Assembly: GCA_963643635.1 (NCBI GenBank) | Contig: CAVILL010000001.1 | Coordinates: 124-64,123 of the forward strand | Source of the DNA: Sphaerochaetaceae bacterium | GTDB taxonomy: Bacteria; Spirochaetota; Spirochaetia; Sphaerochaetales; Sphaerochaetaceae | Direction: 5' to 3' | Length of the DNA stretch: 64,000 nt | Shown: one piece after another, positions 8,374-17,417 of the stretch | How the letters are laid out: each line of letters begins with the position of its first letter | Position numbering within the stretch: the first letter of the stretch is position 1 | Translations under genes and position numbers: made by a program | Notes under the pieces: model-generated | Database searches by the model: none | What the model was told of the DNA's origin: nothing | The model's input: only the letters and a program-made list of their open reading frames with translations

Positions 8374-10902
8374 ATGAGAAGGATAGTAATACTGCTCTGT
8401 CTTGCACTTCTCTGCATGACAGCTCTTGTAGCGAGAACATTTGACGATGATTACAGTGACTGTCTCATGGAAAACGGAGATCCCGACCCGGCCGGACACG
8501 ACTATGAGCTTGTTTCAGGAGGAAAAGAGGCAACCTGCACAGAAGATGGAAAGTTTATATACCAGTGCATTAAATGCGGCCAGCAATATCCTGTATTCGA
8601 GCCGGCCCTGGGCCATGACTATGTACCGAAAACGGAAAGCCAGACATGTACGGCAGCAGAAAGACACTACGAAGAATGCTCACGCTGCGGAGACATCATA
8701 AACGACGAGTCAACAGGAAACGGACTGGGACACAACTACGTATCGAAACACAGAGATGCAACCTGTACCGAGGCGGAAGCAGACTGGCAGGAATGTACAC
8801 GCTGCGGAGACATAACAGGCTACGACGAAGGCGACAAAGCCGAGCACTCCTGGGTGGAGGATTACAAGAGAGAGGCGACATGCACCGAAAAGGGATTCGT
8901 CTACTACCGCTGCTCCGTCTGCGGCGAATTCTCGAAATTCTACGATGAACTACAGCCGACGGATCACAACTACGAAGCTGTCGAGACAGTGGATGCCACC
9001 TGCGTTGACGACGGTTATATCAAATACGAGTGCAGCTACTGCGGAATAACATATACCCGCCCCGAACAGGCTACCGGGATACACAGCTACGAGAAAGAGG
9101 TCATTAAGGAAGTCACATGCATAAGCGAAGGTGAAAACAGATACACCTGCTCTGTCTGCGGCGACTCCTACACGGAGACCGTTCCGACTTCCGATGCACA
9201 CAAATATACTTCAAGCGTGACAAAGACTGCCACCTGTACGGAAGACGGAGAAAGAACATTCGTCTGCTCGCTCTGCGGTCATACGAGCACGGAGAAAATC
9301 GAATCTCCCGGACACACATACAAGATGCAGAGCGAGATTCCCGCCACATGCACCGAAGACGGAGAAAGAACATTCATCTGTCAGGTCTGCGGCAGAGTCT
9401 TCACGCAGAAGATGTTTGCACTCGGACACGATTACAGGAAGACGGATTCGACAAAACCGACATGTACGGAAGACGGAACAGTGACGTATGTCTGTTCCCG
9501 CTGCGGTTACACCTTCACGGAAAGCGTCAAGGCAACAGGCCATAACTACAGGAGAAAGAGCTACACAAAGCCTTCCTGTACCGAAGCCGGAAGCGAAACC
9601 CTGAAATGCTCCTCATGCGGTGCAACCCGTACAGATATCGTCCCCGCAACAGGGCACAGCTACAAGACCGTGTCATATACGGAGCCGACATGTACGTCAG
9701 AAGGTTCCGAGACTCTCAAGTGTACGAACTGCGGCGACAGAGTGACAGATGTCATCGAAAAGACGGATCACACCTACAGGAGGACAGCAGGAACAAAGGC
9801 TACGTGCACGGAAGACGGAGAGTCGACATACACATGTACAGTGTGCGGTGACAGCCATACGAAGACTGTAAAGGCGACGGGACACAGCTACATAATGGAA
9901 AAGAAAGCAGATGCAACATGTACAGAGAAAGGGTGCACAACCTACACCTGCTCGAAGTGCGGCATTGTCTACGAGAGACCGATAAAGGCAAAAGGCCACA
10001 AATACGTCGAGAAGTCATCGGAGGCAACATGTACAGCAGCAGCTGCAACATATAAGGAATGCTCGGTCTGCGGAGACATCACAGGCAGAGTCGAGACGGG
10101 CTCCGCTCTGGGACACTCCTGGGACACCATCTCCGGAAGCTATTATCATACGTGCACCCGCTGCGGCGTGAAAGAGAAGATAACAGTCGAAATCAAATTC
10201 TCAAAGGCGGATATCACACGCGAGGATGATGACAAGAAGGAAGAGGACAGCACTTCAAAGATTGAGGATGAATCTTCAGACAAGAGCGAGGTGATTGTCA
10301 TCATCGCCTATGACGAGGAAGAAGAGAGCTCTAATACTTCCGACAATTCTGAAAAATCCGACAATTCCGATTCCTCTGATTCCGGATCGTCAGATACGAA
10401 TCTCGAGAGATCGACAAAGAAAGCAAATATCCAGAAGAATTTATGTTCCCACATAGACGCCGATATCATTCAGGAGTCGGATTATCCCTGTCTGGAACTT
10501 TTACGCTGTCAGGAATGCAATGTGGAATTCTATTCCGAAGCCCACATCTATGAAAATGTAATCAATAAAGATACGTATTACATAAAATGCAAGAGATGCG
10601 GTACGGTGCTGTATGGACCATATACTCTTCATAAGCACATATCTTCCAGAGTTGACCAGACGGGATTATACAAACTTGTCACACAGAACGGTACAACGAA
10701 GATAATGTATCAGATGGGCGTCTACAGATACTGCACGGACTGCGGAGAAGTATTCAGGAAGAAAACGTGGTATGTCTCCAATCCCAGTTATTACGAGCTT
10801 GAATGGAATGATGCGGCATATGCTCTCTATACTATGGAAGATGAATACAATACAGAGATACCGTCCGACTGGCCGGATATAATCAAAGCAATGGTTAAAT
10901 GA
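8374..10902 (+). CDS. Secreted or lipoprotein with 14-15 His/Cys3 repeat modules, an acidic linker and a Cys-rich C-terminal domain
   Basis: 842 aa. A GAGGGAG RBS precedes the start. The signal peptide is MRRIVILLCLALLCMTALVA. The module GH-x-Y-x7-8-ATCTEDG-x4-Y-x-C-x2-CG recurs with a 38-40 aa period. Confidence 0.9.
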   Translation: MRRIVILLCLALLCMTALVARTFDDDYSDCLMENGDPDPAGHDYELVSGGKEATCTEDGKFIYQCIKCGQQYPVFEPALGHDYVPKTESQTCTAAERHYEECSRCGDIINDESTGNGLGHNYVSKHRDATCTEAEADWQECTRCGDITGYDEGDKAEHSWVEDYKREATCTEKGFVYYRCSVCGEFSKFYDELQPTDHNYEAVETVDATCVDDGYIKYECSYCGITYTRPEQATGIHSYEKEVIKEVTCISEGENRYTCSVCGDSYTETVPTSDAHKYTSSVTKTATCTEDGERTFVCSLCGHTSTEKIESPGHTYKMQSEIPATCTEDGERTFICQVCGRVFTQKMFALGHDYRKTDSTKPTCTEDGTVTYVCSRCGYTFTESVKATGHNYRRKSYTKPSCTEAGSETLKCSSCGATRTDIVPATGHSYKTVSYTEPTCTSEGSETLKCTNCGDRVTDVIEKTDHTYRRTAGTKATCTEDGESTYTCTVCGDSHTKTVKATGHSYIMEKKADATCTEKGCTTYTCSKCGIVYERPIKAKGHKYVEKSSEATCTAAAATYKECSVCGDITGRVETGSALGHSWDTISGSYYHTCTRCGVKEKITVEIKFSKADITREDDDKKEEDSTSKIEDESSDKSEVIVIIAYDEEEESSNTSDNSEKSDNSDSSDSGSSDTNLERSTKKANIQKNLCSHIDADIIQESDYPCLELLRCQECNVEFYSEAHIYENVINKDTYYIKCKRCGTVLYGPYTLHKHISSRVDQTGLYKLVTQNGTTKIMYQMGVYRYCTDCGEVFRKKTWYVSNPSYYELEWNDAAYALYTMEDEYNTEIPSDWPDIIKAMVK
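8494..10167 (+). repeat. In-frame coding tandem repeat, 14 full units plus 1 degenerate unit of 114-120 nt
   Basis: Units counted by hand from the translation (aa 41-598). Units 7-13 are exactly 38 aa. A 21-nt identity, GAAGACGGAGAAAGAACATTC, occurs at 9241 and 9355. Confidence 0.85.
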
Positions 10903-11083
10903 AGTAAATCCCTCAATGCGGGTGTGACTACCCGCTGTACTATGTTTGTCATGCAACTGGAAAACAGAGGGGGCATCGGATCTGATATCATAAGCGGAAG
11001 GAAATCGGAAATATCCTTCTCTCCAGATATGCATTCCGGTGTAATTATATTCGTTTTATAGACGATACGAGGAAACAAAAAAA

Positions 11084-12913
11084 ATGAAGAAAACAATAAT
11101 ACTGCTTCTTGCACTTATGTGCACGACTGCCATCATGGCGCTCAATACGGATGATCCAACCGGGACGACATGCAAGGAAAGCCCGTCGGGGCAGCATGAC
11201 TATGTTATGGTATCTGAAGAGGAAGCCACTTGCACGGGATACGGCAGAATAGTCAGAGAATGTGTATTCTGTCGGGATCAGGAGGAGATAATCTCATCCG
11301 ATCCTCTCAATCATGAGTATGTACAGAAGGAAGAAGGTGCGACATGCACAACAGGGCGGAGAACATGGAAGGAATGTACACGCTGCGGAGACATCACAGA
11401 CGAGGAATCCTCGGGATCCGGACTCGGACATGACTACGTATCGAAACACAGAGACGGAACCTGTATCTCAGCCTCAGTCGACTGGGATGAATGCACACGC
11501 TGCGGCAACATAATCAACATGAAAGAAGGGAGCACCTCCTCTCACACCTGGGTTGAAGATTACACAAGAGATGCAACGTGCACGGAGAGCGGCTTCGTCT
11601 ACTACCGCTGTTCTGTCTGCGGTGCGTATTCGGATTTCTATGACGAACTCTCCCCAGTCGGTCATGATTACAGGAAGGTAAAGACGGTTGATGCCACATG
11701 CGTTGATGACGGCTATATCAGATACAGATGCCTTAACTGTGATTCGACATACACTACCCCTGTTATGGCCACCGGAGTGCATGATTACAGAAGGTCAGCG
11801 GTAAACAGGGCCACATGTACGGAGGACGGGGAATCGACCTACACCTGTTCGATGTGCGGTGACAGCTACACGAAGACGCTAAAGGCCACGGGCCACAGTT
11901 ACTCGAAGACAGGGAAAACGGAGGCAACGTGTACTGAAGACGGGTATACGGCATATACCTGCGCCAACTGCGGGGATGTCTACAAAAGGTCGATAAAGGC
12001 ATCGGGACACAAATATGTTGATAGGTCATCTGACGCCACATGTACCGCTAAGGCTGCAGTTTGGAAGGAATGTTCCGTCTGCGGTGATGTGAAGGATAAA
12101 GTCGAGACGGGTTCCGCTCTCGGGCATATCTGGACCGAGAGCGACAGCGACGGCTACTCCGTCTGCGAGAGATGCGGAACAAAAGACAAGCCGTCAGTCA
12201 GAATTACATTCTCCACAGTAACCATCAATAAAGATGATGAGACGGAGAAGAACGACAGCGGAGATATCGTGACAATCAGCGAAGACGACAGCGTCACGAC
12301 GATAAGCAAAGATGACGACATTGTAGTAATAAACAAGGACGACAGCTCAGACGACATTGTGATAATCATCGTTCCGGATGACACAGAGGAAGAAGAACCC
12401 GTACAGGAAAATGACGAGAATGTTCCGACGAGGACAGTCTCGAAGGCATATATCGGCTGTCAGCATGGAAGCACTAAAACCATAAAGAAGGGAAAATACG
12501 ACTGTGAGAAGGTCCAACGCTGCAATTACTGCGGAGCGGAGATACGAGAGACACATTCATACACCATAACAAAGGACGGATGTACATATACCAGAAAGTG
12601 CACATACGGATGCGGAAACAGCGAAAGCTATACCTTCCATAAACACATAACGTCGAAGGTTTTCTCAACGGGTTTATTCAAGTTCGTGAGGGAAAACGGA
12701 AAAATGAAGTTGAAATTCCAGATGGCAGCCTGCCGCTGCTGTACGGAATGCGGTGAAATCATCGAGAAGAAGACGTGGTTCGTCTCGTCCGTATCGAATT
12801 ACGAGAACGAATGGGACAGCGAGGCGTATGCAATCTACTCGAAGGGTGATGAGTACCCCGTGATGCCGTCAGACTGGCCGAACTCAGTCTGCAGCTTTAT
12901 AAACAGCAACTGA
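11084..12913 (+). CDS. Paralogue of the upstream repeat protein, with 8-9 His/Cys3 modules
   Basis: 609 aa. The signal or lipoprotein peptide is MKKTIILLLALMCTTAIMA. Units 2-5 and the last about 110 aa align closely with the 8374 gene, for example GFVYYRCSVCG and DATCVDDGYI[KR]Y. Confidence 0.9.
   Translation: MKKTIILLLALMCTTAIMALNTDDPTGTTCKESPSGQHDYVMVSEEEATCTGYGRIVRECVFCRDQEEIISSDPLNHEYVQKEEGATCTTGRRTWKECTRCGDITDEESSGSGLGHDYVSKHRDGTCISASVDWDECTRCGNIINMKEGSTSSHTWVEDYTRDATCTESGFVYYRCSVCGAYSDFYDELSPVGHDYRKVKTVDATCVDDGYIRYRCLNCDSTYTTPVMATGVHDYRRSAVNRATCTEDGESTYTCSMCGDSYTKTLKATGHSYSKTGKTEATCTEDGYTAYTCANCGDVYKRSIKASGHKYVDRSSDATCTAKAAVWKECSVCGDVKDKVETGSALGHIWTESDSDGYSVCERCGTKDKPSVRITFSTVTINKDDETEKNDSGDIVTISEDDSVTTISKDDDIVVINKDDSSDDIVIIIVPDDTEEEEPVQENDENVPTRTVSKAYIGCQHGSTKTIKKGKYDCEKVQRCNYCGAEIRETHSYTITKDGCTYTRKCTYGCGNSESYTFHKHITSKVFSTGLFKFVRENGKMKLKFQMAACRCCTECGEIIEKKTWFVSSVSNYENEWDSEAYAIYSKGDEYPVMPSDWPNSVCSFINSN
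11195..12178 (+). repeat. In-frame coding tandem repeat, 8 full units plus 1 degenerate unit
   Basis: The same H-x-[YW]...C...CxxC module, counted from aa 38-365 of the 609-aa protein. Confidence 0.8.
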
Positions 12914-12919
12914 GAAAGC

Positions 12920-12953
12920 GAAGGCGGGCCGGAAAGCCCGTCTTCTCTGTTTC
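12920..12953 (+). terminator. Putative intrinsic terminator after the repeat-protein pair
   Basis: GAAGGCGGGC (12920-29) pairs with GCCCGTCTTC (12936-45), including one G-U pair. A T-rich tail TCTGTTT follows. Confidence 0.5.
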
Positions 12954-12970
12954 AGCATTAATCTTACTGC

Positions 12971-13828
12971 TCACTTTGCGCTGTATGCTCTGTACTTCGT
13001 CACGCCGAGAACAGTCTCACCGTCAATCTGGAGGGCGGTGGGCCTGTCGAATTCGACAGTGATGTCCTTTCCCGTATGGATTGCAACCATATCCTTATGG
13101 GAAATGTGCTCGCCCTTGAAGATCGAGGGGAATGCCATGAGGGTTTTAAGCCTGCCCTTTCCGTAGAAGAGCATCGAGGATAGCGTGTGCTCTCTGTTGA
13201 GTCTTTCCTGCCCCGGTGTCGCCATCATGCCGCCGCCGTAGAACCTGCCGTTCATTGTCGGGCAGAGCCAAACCTTCTTATACTCGTATCTCTTTCCGTC
13301 AACCGTGATCACGCATCCCGTCGGCTGATAGTGGAAGAGAAGTCCCTTGATGGCGATGGACGTATAGTTGATGTTGTCTGCGCCCTCGGCCTTCATCCTG
13401 TCCCCCACTTCGCAGCAGTAGCCGTCGATACCGTACCCGATACCGTTGAGGAATCTGTATTTCTTTCCGTTGACCTCGACGAAGGGAAGATCCTTTATGT
13501 ATCTGTTGATCTTCACCGGGCACTTCTCCGGAGGAGTATTTATGTCCCTCAGAAAGTCGTTTCCCGTTCCCGCGGGATAGTAGTAGACATCGTTCAGAAT
13601 ATTCATGCCGTCAGTCTCGTTGACAAAGCGGTTGAGTGTACCGTCACCGCCGACAATGTAGATCCTGTCATCTTCCCTGATATCCGAGAGGTACTCCCTG
13701 TAGCCCGCGAAGTTGATGACGTCCGCGATATCGAGTTCGTCGTCGTTGAGTTTAGCCTTCAGGCTTTCGAGGCCTTCCTTACCTCTCCTGCCGGACTGAG
13801 AATTCCAGAAAACGTAACTTCTGCTCAT
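12971..13828 (-). CDS. Diacylglycerol/lipid kinase family protein (YegS/BmrU-like)
   Basis: 285 aa. The catalytic-domain motif is RIYIVGGDGTLNRFVN, and there is a PAGTGNDF motif. Confidence 0.85.
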   Translation of the reverse strand: MSRSYVFWNSQSGRRGKEGLESLKAKLNDDELDIADVINFAGYREYLSDIREDDRIYIVGGDGTLNRFVNETDGMNILNDVYYYPAGTGNDFLRDINTPPEKCPVKINRYIKDLPFVEVNGKKYRFLNGIGYGIDGYCCEVGDRMKAEGADNINYTSIAIKGLLFHYQPTGCVITVDGKRYEYKKVWLCPTMNGRFYGGGMMATPGQERLNREHTLSSMLFYGKGRLKTLMAFPSIFKGEHISHKDMVAIHTGKDITVEFDRPTALQIDGETVLGVTKYRAYSAK

Positions 13829-14571
13829 CTTTCTTTCCCCTGGTCTGTATTACCGTTTAAATTGTTTTCCATCAATGTACGCACTTCGGCGCTTATCTCG
13901 TTGCTCCGCATCGTCTTCACCCTCTCGGGGGGTATGACCTCGAGGACATCGAGGTAGACGTCGGACCTCCTGAGTCTCTTTATGTTCCTGAATATGTTCT
14001 CCGTGCCGCGGACTGTCAGTACGACAATCGGAGCCGATCCGAGCTCGGCAATGCGGAACATGCAGTCGTGGAATTCGAGGAGAACGCACTTTCTGCTTCT
14101 CGTTCCCTCGGGATAGACTCCGATGGATACTTCTCCCTTCTCAAGGAGCTCACCGGCCTTCCTGATTGTCGGAACCGCATTGCGGATGTTCTTGCGGTCT
14201 ATCGCCATGAAGCAGCATTTACGTATGAAGCGTCCGAATACGGGTATCGAGAAATTCTCGATCTTCGAGAGATATGCAAGCTTCCAGTCCCTGAAGACAT
14301 ACCATGTGAGAATCGGGTCGTAGTTCGAACGGTGGTTCGACACGAAGAGGCACTTCCTGTCCTTAGGGACGAGGTCGAAGCCCGAGGTATGTACGTGAAT
14401 CCTCAAAAACTTCACGATGTTCCTTGTGGAGTTGTTGAGAAGTGCACGGTAGAATCTGCTGTCCCTGTCGAATTCCTTCTTCGGAACAAGAAGAGCACAT
14501 ATCGAAAGGAAGAGTATATATATGAGGTACAACCCGACAAGACCGAGTATTACATAGAGAACATATATCAC
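13825..14571 (-). CDS. plsC: 1-acyl-sn-glycerol-3-phosphate acyltransferase
   Basis: 248 aa. It has an N-terminal TM anchor, the HX4D motif NHRSNYD and the motif VYPEGTRS. It overlaps the lipid kinase gene by 4 nt. Confidence 0.85.
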   Translation of the reverse strand: MIYVLYVILGLVGLYLIYILFLSICALLVPKKEFDRDSRFYRALLNNSTRNIVKFLRIHVHTSGFDLVPKDRKCLFVSNHRSNYDPILTWYVFRDWKLAYLSKIENFSIPVFGRFIRKCCFMAIDRKNIRNAVPTIRKAGELLEKGEVSIGVYPEGTRSRKCVLLEFHDCMFRIAELGSAPIVVLTVRGTENIFRNIKRLRRSDVYLDVLEVIPPERVKTMRSNEISAEVRTLMENNLNGNTDQGKER

Positions 14572-15046
14572 AGTGCCGGCCTCCAGAACAGGCAGTATGC
14601 ATTTCCCCCGGGCGGAAGCTTTGCCAGCGGAGAAGTGTACTTCATCCCCGTCATCCCTCCTCTCACACGCTTGAAGAACCGGGCAATGCAGTGTAGAGCA
14701 AAAACGGTGGAGGCGGAGAGCATGATATATACGTCCTCGTCTTTTTTCACGGTATTCCCGATTACGTCATCATTGTCCCCACGGACGGAACGGAGACATT
14801 CCGTCGCCCGCATGATTAAGTATCGGACGCAGATGACGGCTGATGACGACTTCTTCCACCTGTTTTCCATATAAGGATTATATAACTGTCAGAAATCTAA
14901 AGGCAATAATGAGAATACCCGCACTGATATGTAAAACTGTATTTCCGACAACATTCTGGCCATGTATCATCAGGAGGCATCCCTTCTTTCTGCAATTTTC
15001 CCGATAGCAGTCACGATTGCCTCGACTTTCGGCACATAGTCCGTCA

Positions 15047-15700
15047 CTAACTCCCGCGATATATCCTATTCTCCACCTGAACGCCGTTTATGATTGATGC
15101 AAAGTCAGGATTCAGCATCGGAATGGAACCGTACCTTCCCTGAATATAGCCGTGTCTGAAGTTATCCTCTTTCCTGACGTTCTTGATTTCAGCAAGGGAA
15201 CAGAGATCCGTGGACCGGTCACTTTTCCCGAGCTCCGTAAACCGGATCCGGTCTCTTCTGAAGAGATCGAGCGACATTAGTCCGGTCTCATGAGTCGTGA
15301 AAATCATCTGGGCGGGCTTACCGCTTTCTGTCGATGAGAACAGTTTCACAAGTCTGTACAGGAGAGACTCGTGAAGTCCGGACTCGAGTTCGTCGCAGAC
15401 AAGAACCTTGCCGTTGACCATTATGTCTATAAGCGGACACAGAAGACCGAGAAGCTTTCTGATTCCCCCCGACTCCTCGCTCATAAGATCCGTTTCGAAC
15501 TCGTCATAGACAACCTTTGCACTTACTGCGTCGAAATCCCTGTTCAGAAGTTCCACCCTGAAATCATCGGAAAGAAAAGGAGGAATTTCCGACGAGGACA
15601 GCTTTGTCCTGTCGATTACGACTCTGATGTCTTTTATACCCGTATCCAGTTCGGAAAGGAATTTCAGGACCGAAGCCCTGGTTGCGGGATTCGAATTCAT
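15047..15700 (-). pseudogene. N-terminally truncated AAA_21/ABC-like ATPase (C-terminal half only)
   Basis: The 217-aa ORF has the signature-like motif ESGGIRKLL, Walker B VLVCDELESGLHESL and H-loop QMIFTTHET. There is no P-loop, and nothing upstream supplies one. Confidence 0.6.
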
Positions 15701-15813
15701 CTGATAGAGGGAATATTTCTACTCCGACTTTTGTGCAACAGTGTCCCCACAAAAGTCCGTCTCGTGAAGAAAAACCGCGAACAAATGAATCGGGCAAGGA
15801 GCTCCAGATCTCC

Positions 15814-16146
15814 TCACTCGTCCCAATTTTTCTTTTCTCTTGTTCTGACGAAATCGTCGGTTTTCTCTGGAACCGGATACATTCCATCCCCGTATTCGTC
15901 ATCGAGTGCGGCATAGATGAACTCAAGAGCACGCCTGTACTTATCATTTTTTATGTCACGCTCCAGAAGACGGAAAAGGTATCCGTATTCCCATCTTGAG
16001 TATTCTGCAATGGAAAGGTTTAAGAGCACACGGGCAAAGGCATCAAAATAATCCTTTTTATCCTCTTGAGTATCATTCTCATCGTACGGAAACCAGTCTT
16101 CAAAATAGTCCTGCATTTCAAAGAGAACATCAAACGCATGGTTCAT
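15814..16146 (-). CDS. Hypothetical small acidic protein
   Basis: 110-aa ORF with plausible protein-like composition. I recognise no family. Confidence 0.4.
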   Translation of the reverse strand: MNHAFDVLFEMQDYFEDWFPYDENDTQEDKKDYFDAFARVLLNLSIAEYSRWEYGYLFRLLERDIKNDKYRRALEFIYAALDDEYGDGMYPVPEKTDDFVRTREKKNWDE

Positions 16147-16186
16147 CGTCTCCTGACTGTACGGTCTGCGTTCTCTTCTTTCATAA

Positions 16187-17200
16187 TCAAAGAACTATGT
16201 GCATCTTCTCCATAATGGAATCGAGGTTCCTGTTTCCTATTTCGTTGGCCTTTGCCGTACCGGAAGCGATGATGTCCCTGACATCGTCCTTATGCTCTTC
16301 GTAGTAATGTCTTCTCTCTCTGATGGGATCGAGAAGTGCATTCATCTTCTCGTTGAGGATCTTCTTGCACTGTACACAGCCCATGCCGGCAGACGTGCAC
16401 TGGCATCTCACCTCTTCCACGCCCTCCTCGTTGAAGGCCTTGTGGTACTGGTAGACGGAGCAGACATCGGGGTTTCCGGGAATCTTCACGGCAGTGCGGT
16501 TGGTGTCGGTCTTGGCATTGCGGATCTTCTGCCATACCTCGTCGGGAGTATCGCTGAGGTAGATGGCGTTGCCCAGGCTCTTTCCCATCTTGCTGTTGCC
16601 GTCGAGGCCGCAGAGACGTGAGACGGAGGAAAGGCGGTAGTCCGGTTCCTTGATGGTCGTACCGTACATCTCGTTGAATCTTCTCACAAGCTTACGCGAG
16701 AACTCGATGTGCGGAACCTGATCCTCTCCCACCGGCACGAGGTCTGCGTTGCAGAAGGTTATATCGGCCGTCTGCGACACGGGGTAGCCCAGGAAGCCGT
16801 AGGTAAGACGTGAGAAATCATACTCCCTGTTGTCATCCTGGAAGCCGTAGGACCTTGCCTCGGTCTTTATCGTGGGGTTGATGAGAAGATGATTGCAGGT
16901 CGTGATCATCGAGTAGAACATCGTGAGTACGTGGATTGCCGGTACCTGCGACTGCTGGATGAACGTCACCTTCCCGGGGTCGAGTCCGACAGAGAGATTG
17001 TCCATCGTGATCTGGTAGATGGAGTCGTAGATGAGCTCCGGCTTCTCGAAGTGAGTCGTCAGAGCCTGTACATCTGCAATGAGTATGAACTCCTCATATT
17101 CGTCCTGGAGTGCGACACGGCTTCTGAGCGAGCCGCAGTAGTGTCCGAGATGGAGCTTGCCAGTGGGCCTGTCTCCCGTGAGAATCCTCTTCTTTTCCAT
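16187..17200 (-). CDS. trpS: Tryptophan--tRNA ligase
   Basis: The HIGH region is GDRPTGKLHLGHY and the KMSKS region is KMGKSLGN. The start is set at MEKKRIL (ATG 17200), 1 nt after the upstream gene's TAA and behind AAAGGAAAA. Confidence 0.9.
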   Translation of the reverse strand: MEKKRILTGDRPTGKLHLGHYCGSLRSRVALQDEYEEFILIADVQALTTHFEKPELIYDSIYQITMDNLSVGLDPGKVTFIQQSQVPAIHVLTMFYSMITTCNHLLINPTIKTEARSYGFQDDNREYDFSRLTYGFLGYPVSQTADITFCNADLVPVGEDQVPHIEFSRKLVRRFNEMYGTTIKEPDYRLSSVSRLCGLDGNSKMGKSLGNAIYLSDTPDEVWQKIRNAKTDTNRTAVKIPGNPDVCSVYQYHKAFNEEGVEEVRCQCTSAGMGCVQCKKILNEKMNALLDPIRERRHYYEEHKDDVRDIIASGTAKANEIGNRNLDSIMEKMHIVL

Positions 17201-17201
17201 T

Positions 17202-17417
17202 TTATTTTCCTTTGCATCCTGCACAGCCGCATCCGGAGGGATGGTCGGTGCAGTAGTATCCGGTGCCCTTGTAGATTACGGCTCCCGGCTCGGTTATCGT
17301 GCGCTTTGCGTCGCCCCCGCACACAGGGCAGAGATCGTCCTTGTCGGAATCGTCGAAGCTTTTGAAGGCATCGTACTCCTTTCCGCAGGACGTGCATTTA
17401 TAGGAATAAATAGGCAT
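17202..17417 (-). CDS. FmdB-family zinc-ribbon protein
   Basis: 71 aa. MPIYSYKCTSCGKEYD...CPVCGG is the CxxC...CxxC FmdB signature. The tail is Cys-rich (GCGCAGCKGK). Confidence 0.8.
   Translation of the reverse strand: MPIYSYKCTSCGKEYDAFKSFDDSDKDDLCPVCGGDAKRTITEPGAVIYKGTGYYCTDHPSGCGCAGCKGK

Noticed and set aside
8494-10167. 114-120 nt periodic DNA that could be mistaken for a CRISPR or other non-coding repeat array
   Set aside because: The periodicity is in-frame inside a long ORF, with conserved His/Cys codons. The repeats are diverged at the DNA level and there is no repeat/spacer alternation. It is a coding tandem repeat.
14568-14870. 100-aa minus-strand ORF immediately upstream of plsC
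   Set aside because: I recognise no motif and its composition is odd. The PlsC N-terminus is already complete with its TM anchor. It may be a remnant, but I cannot support calling it a gene.
14871-15046. Tiny minus-strand ORFs downstream of the truncated ATPase (a 25-aa VTDYVPKVEAIVTAIGKIAERRDAS and a 30-aa hydrophobic MIHGQNVVGNTVLHISAGILIIAFRFLTVI), considered as an RloB remnant or a type I toxin
   Set aside because: They are too short, bear no resemblance to RloB motifs, and have no promoter, RBS or antisense-RNA features that I could identify.
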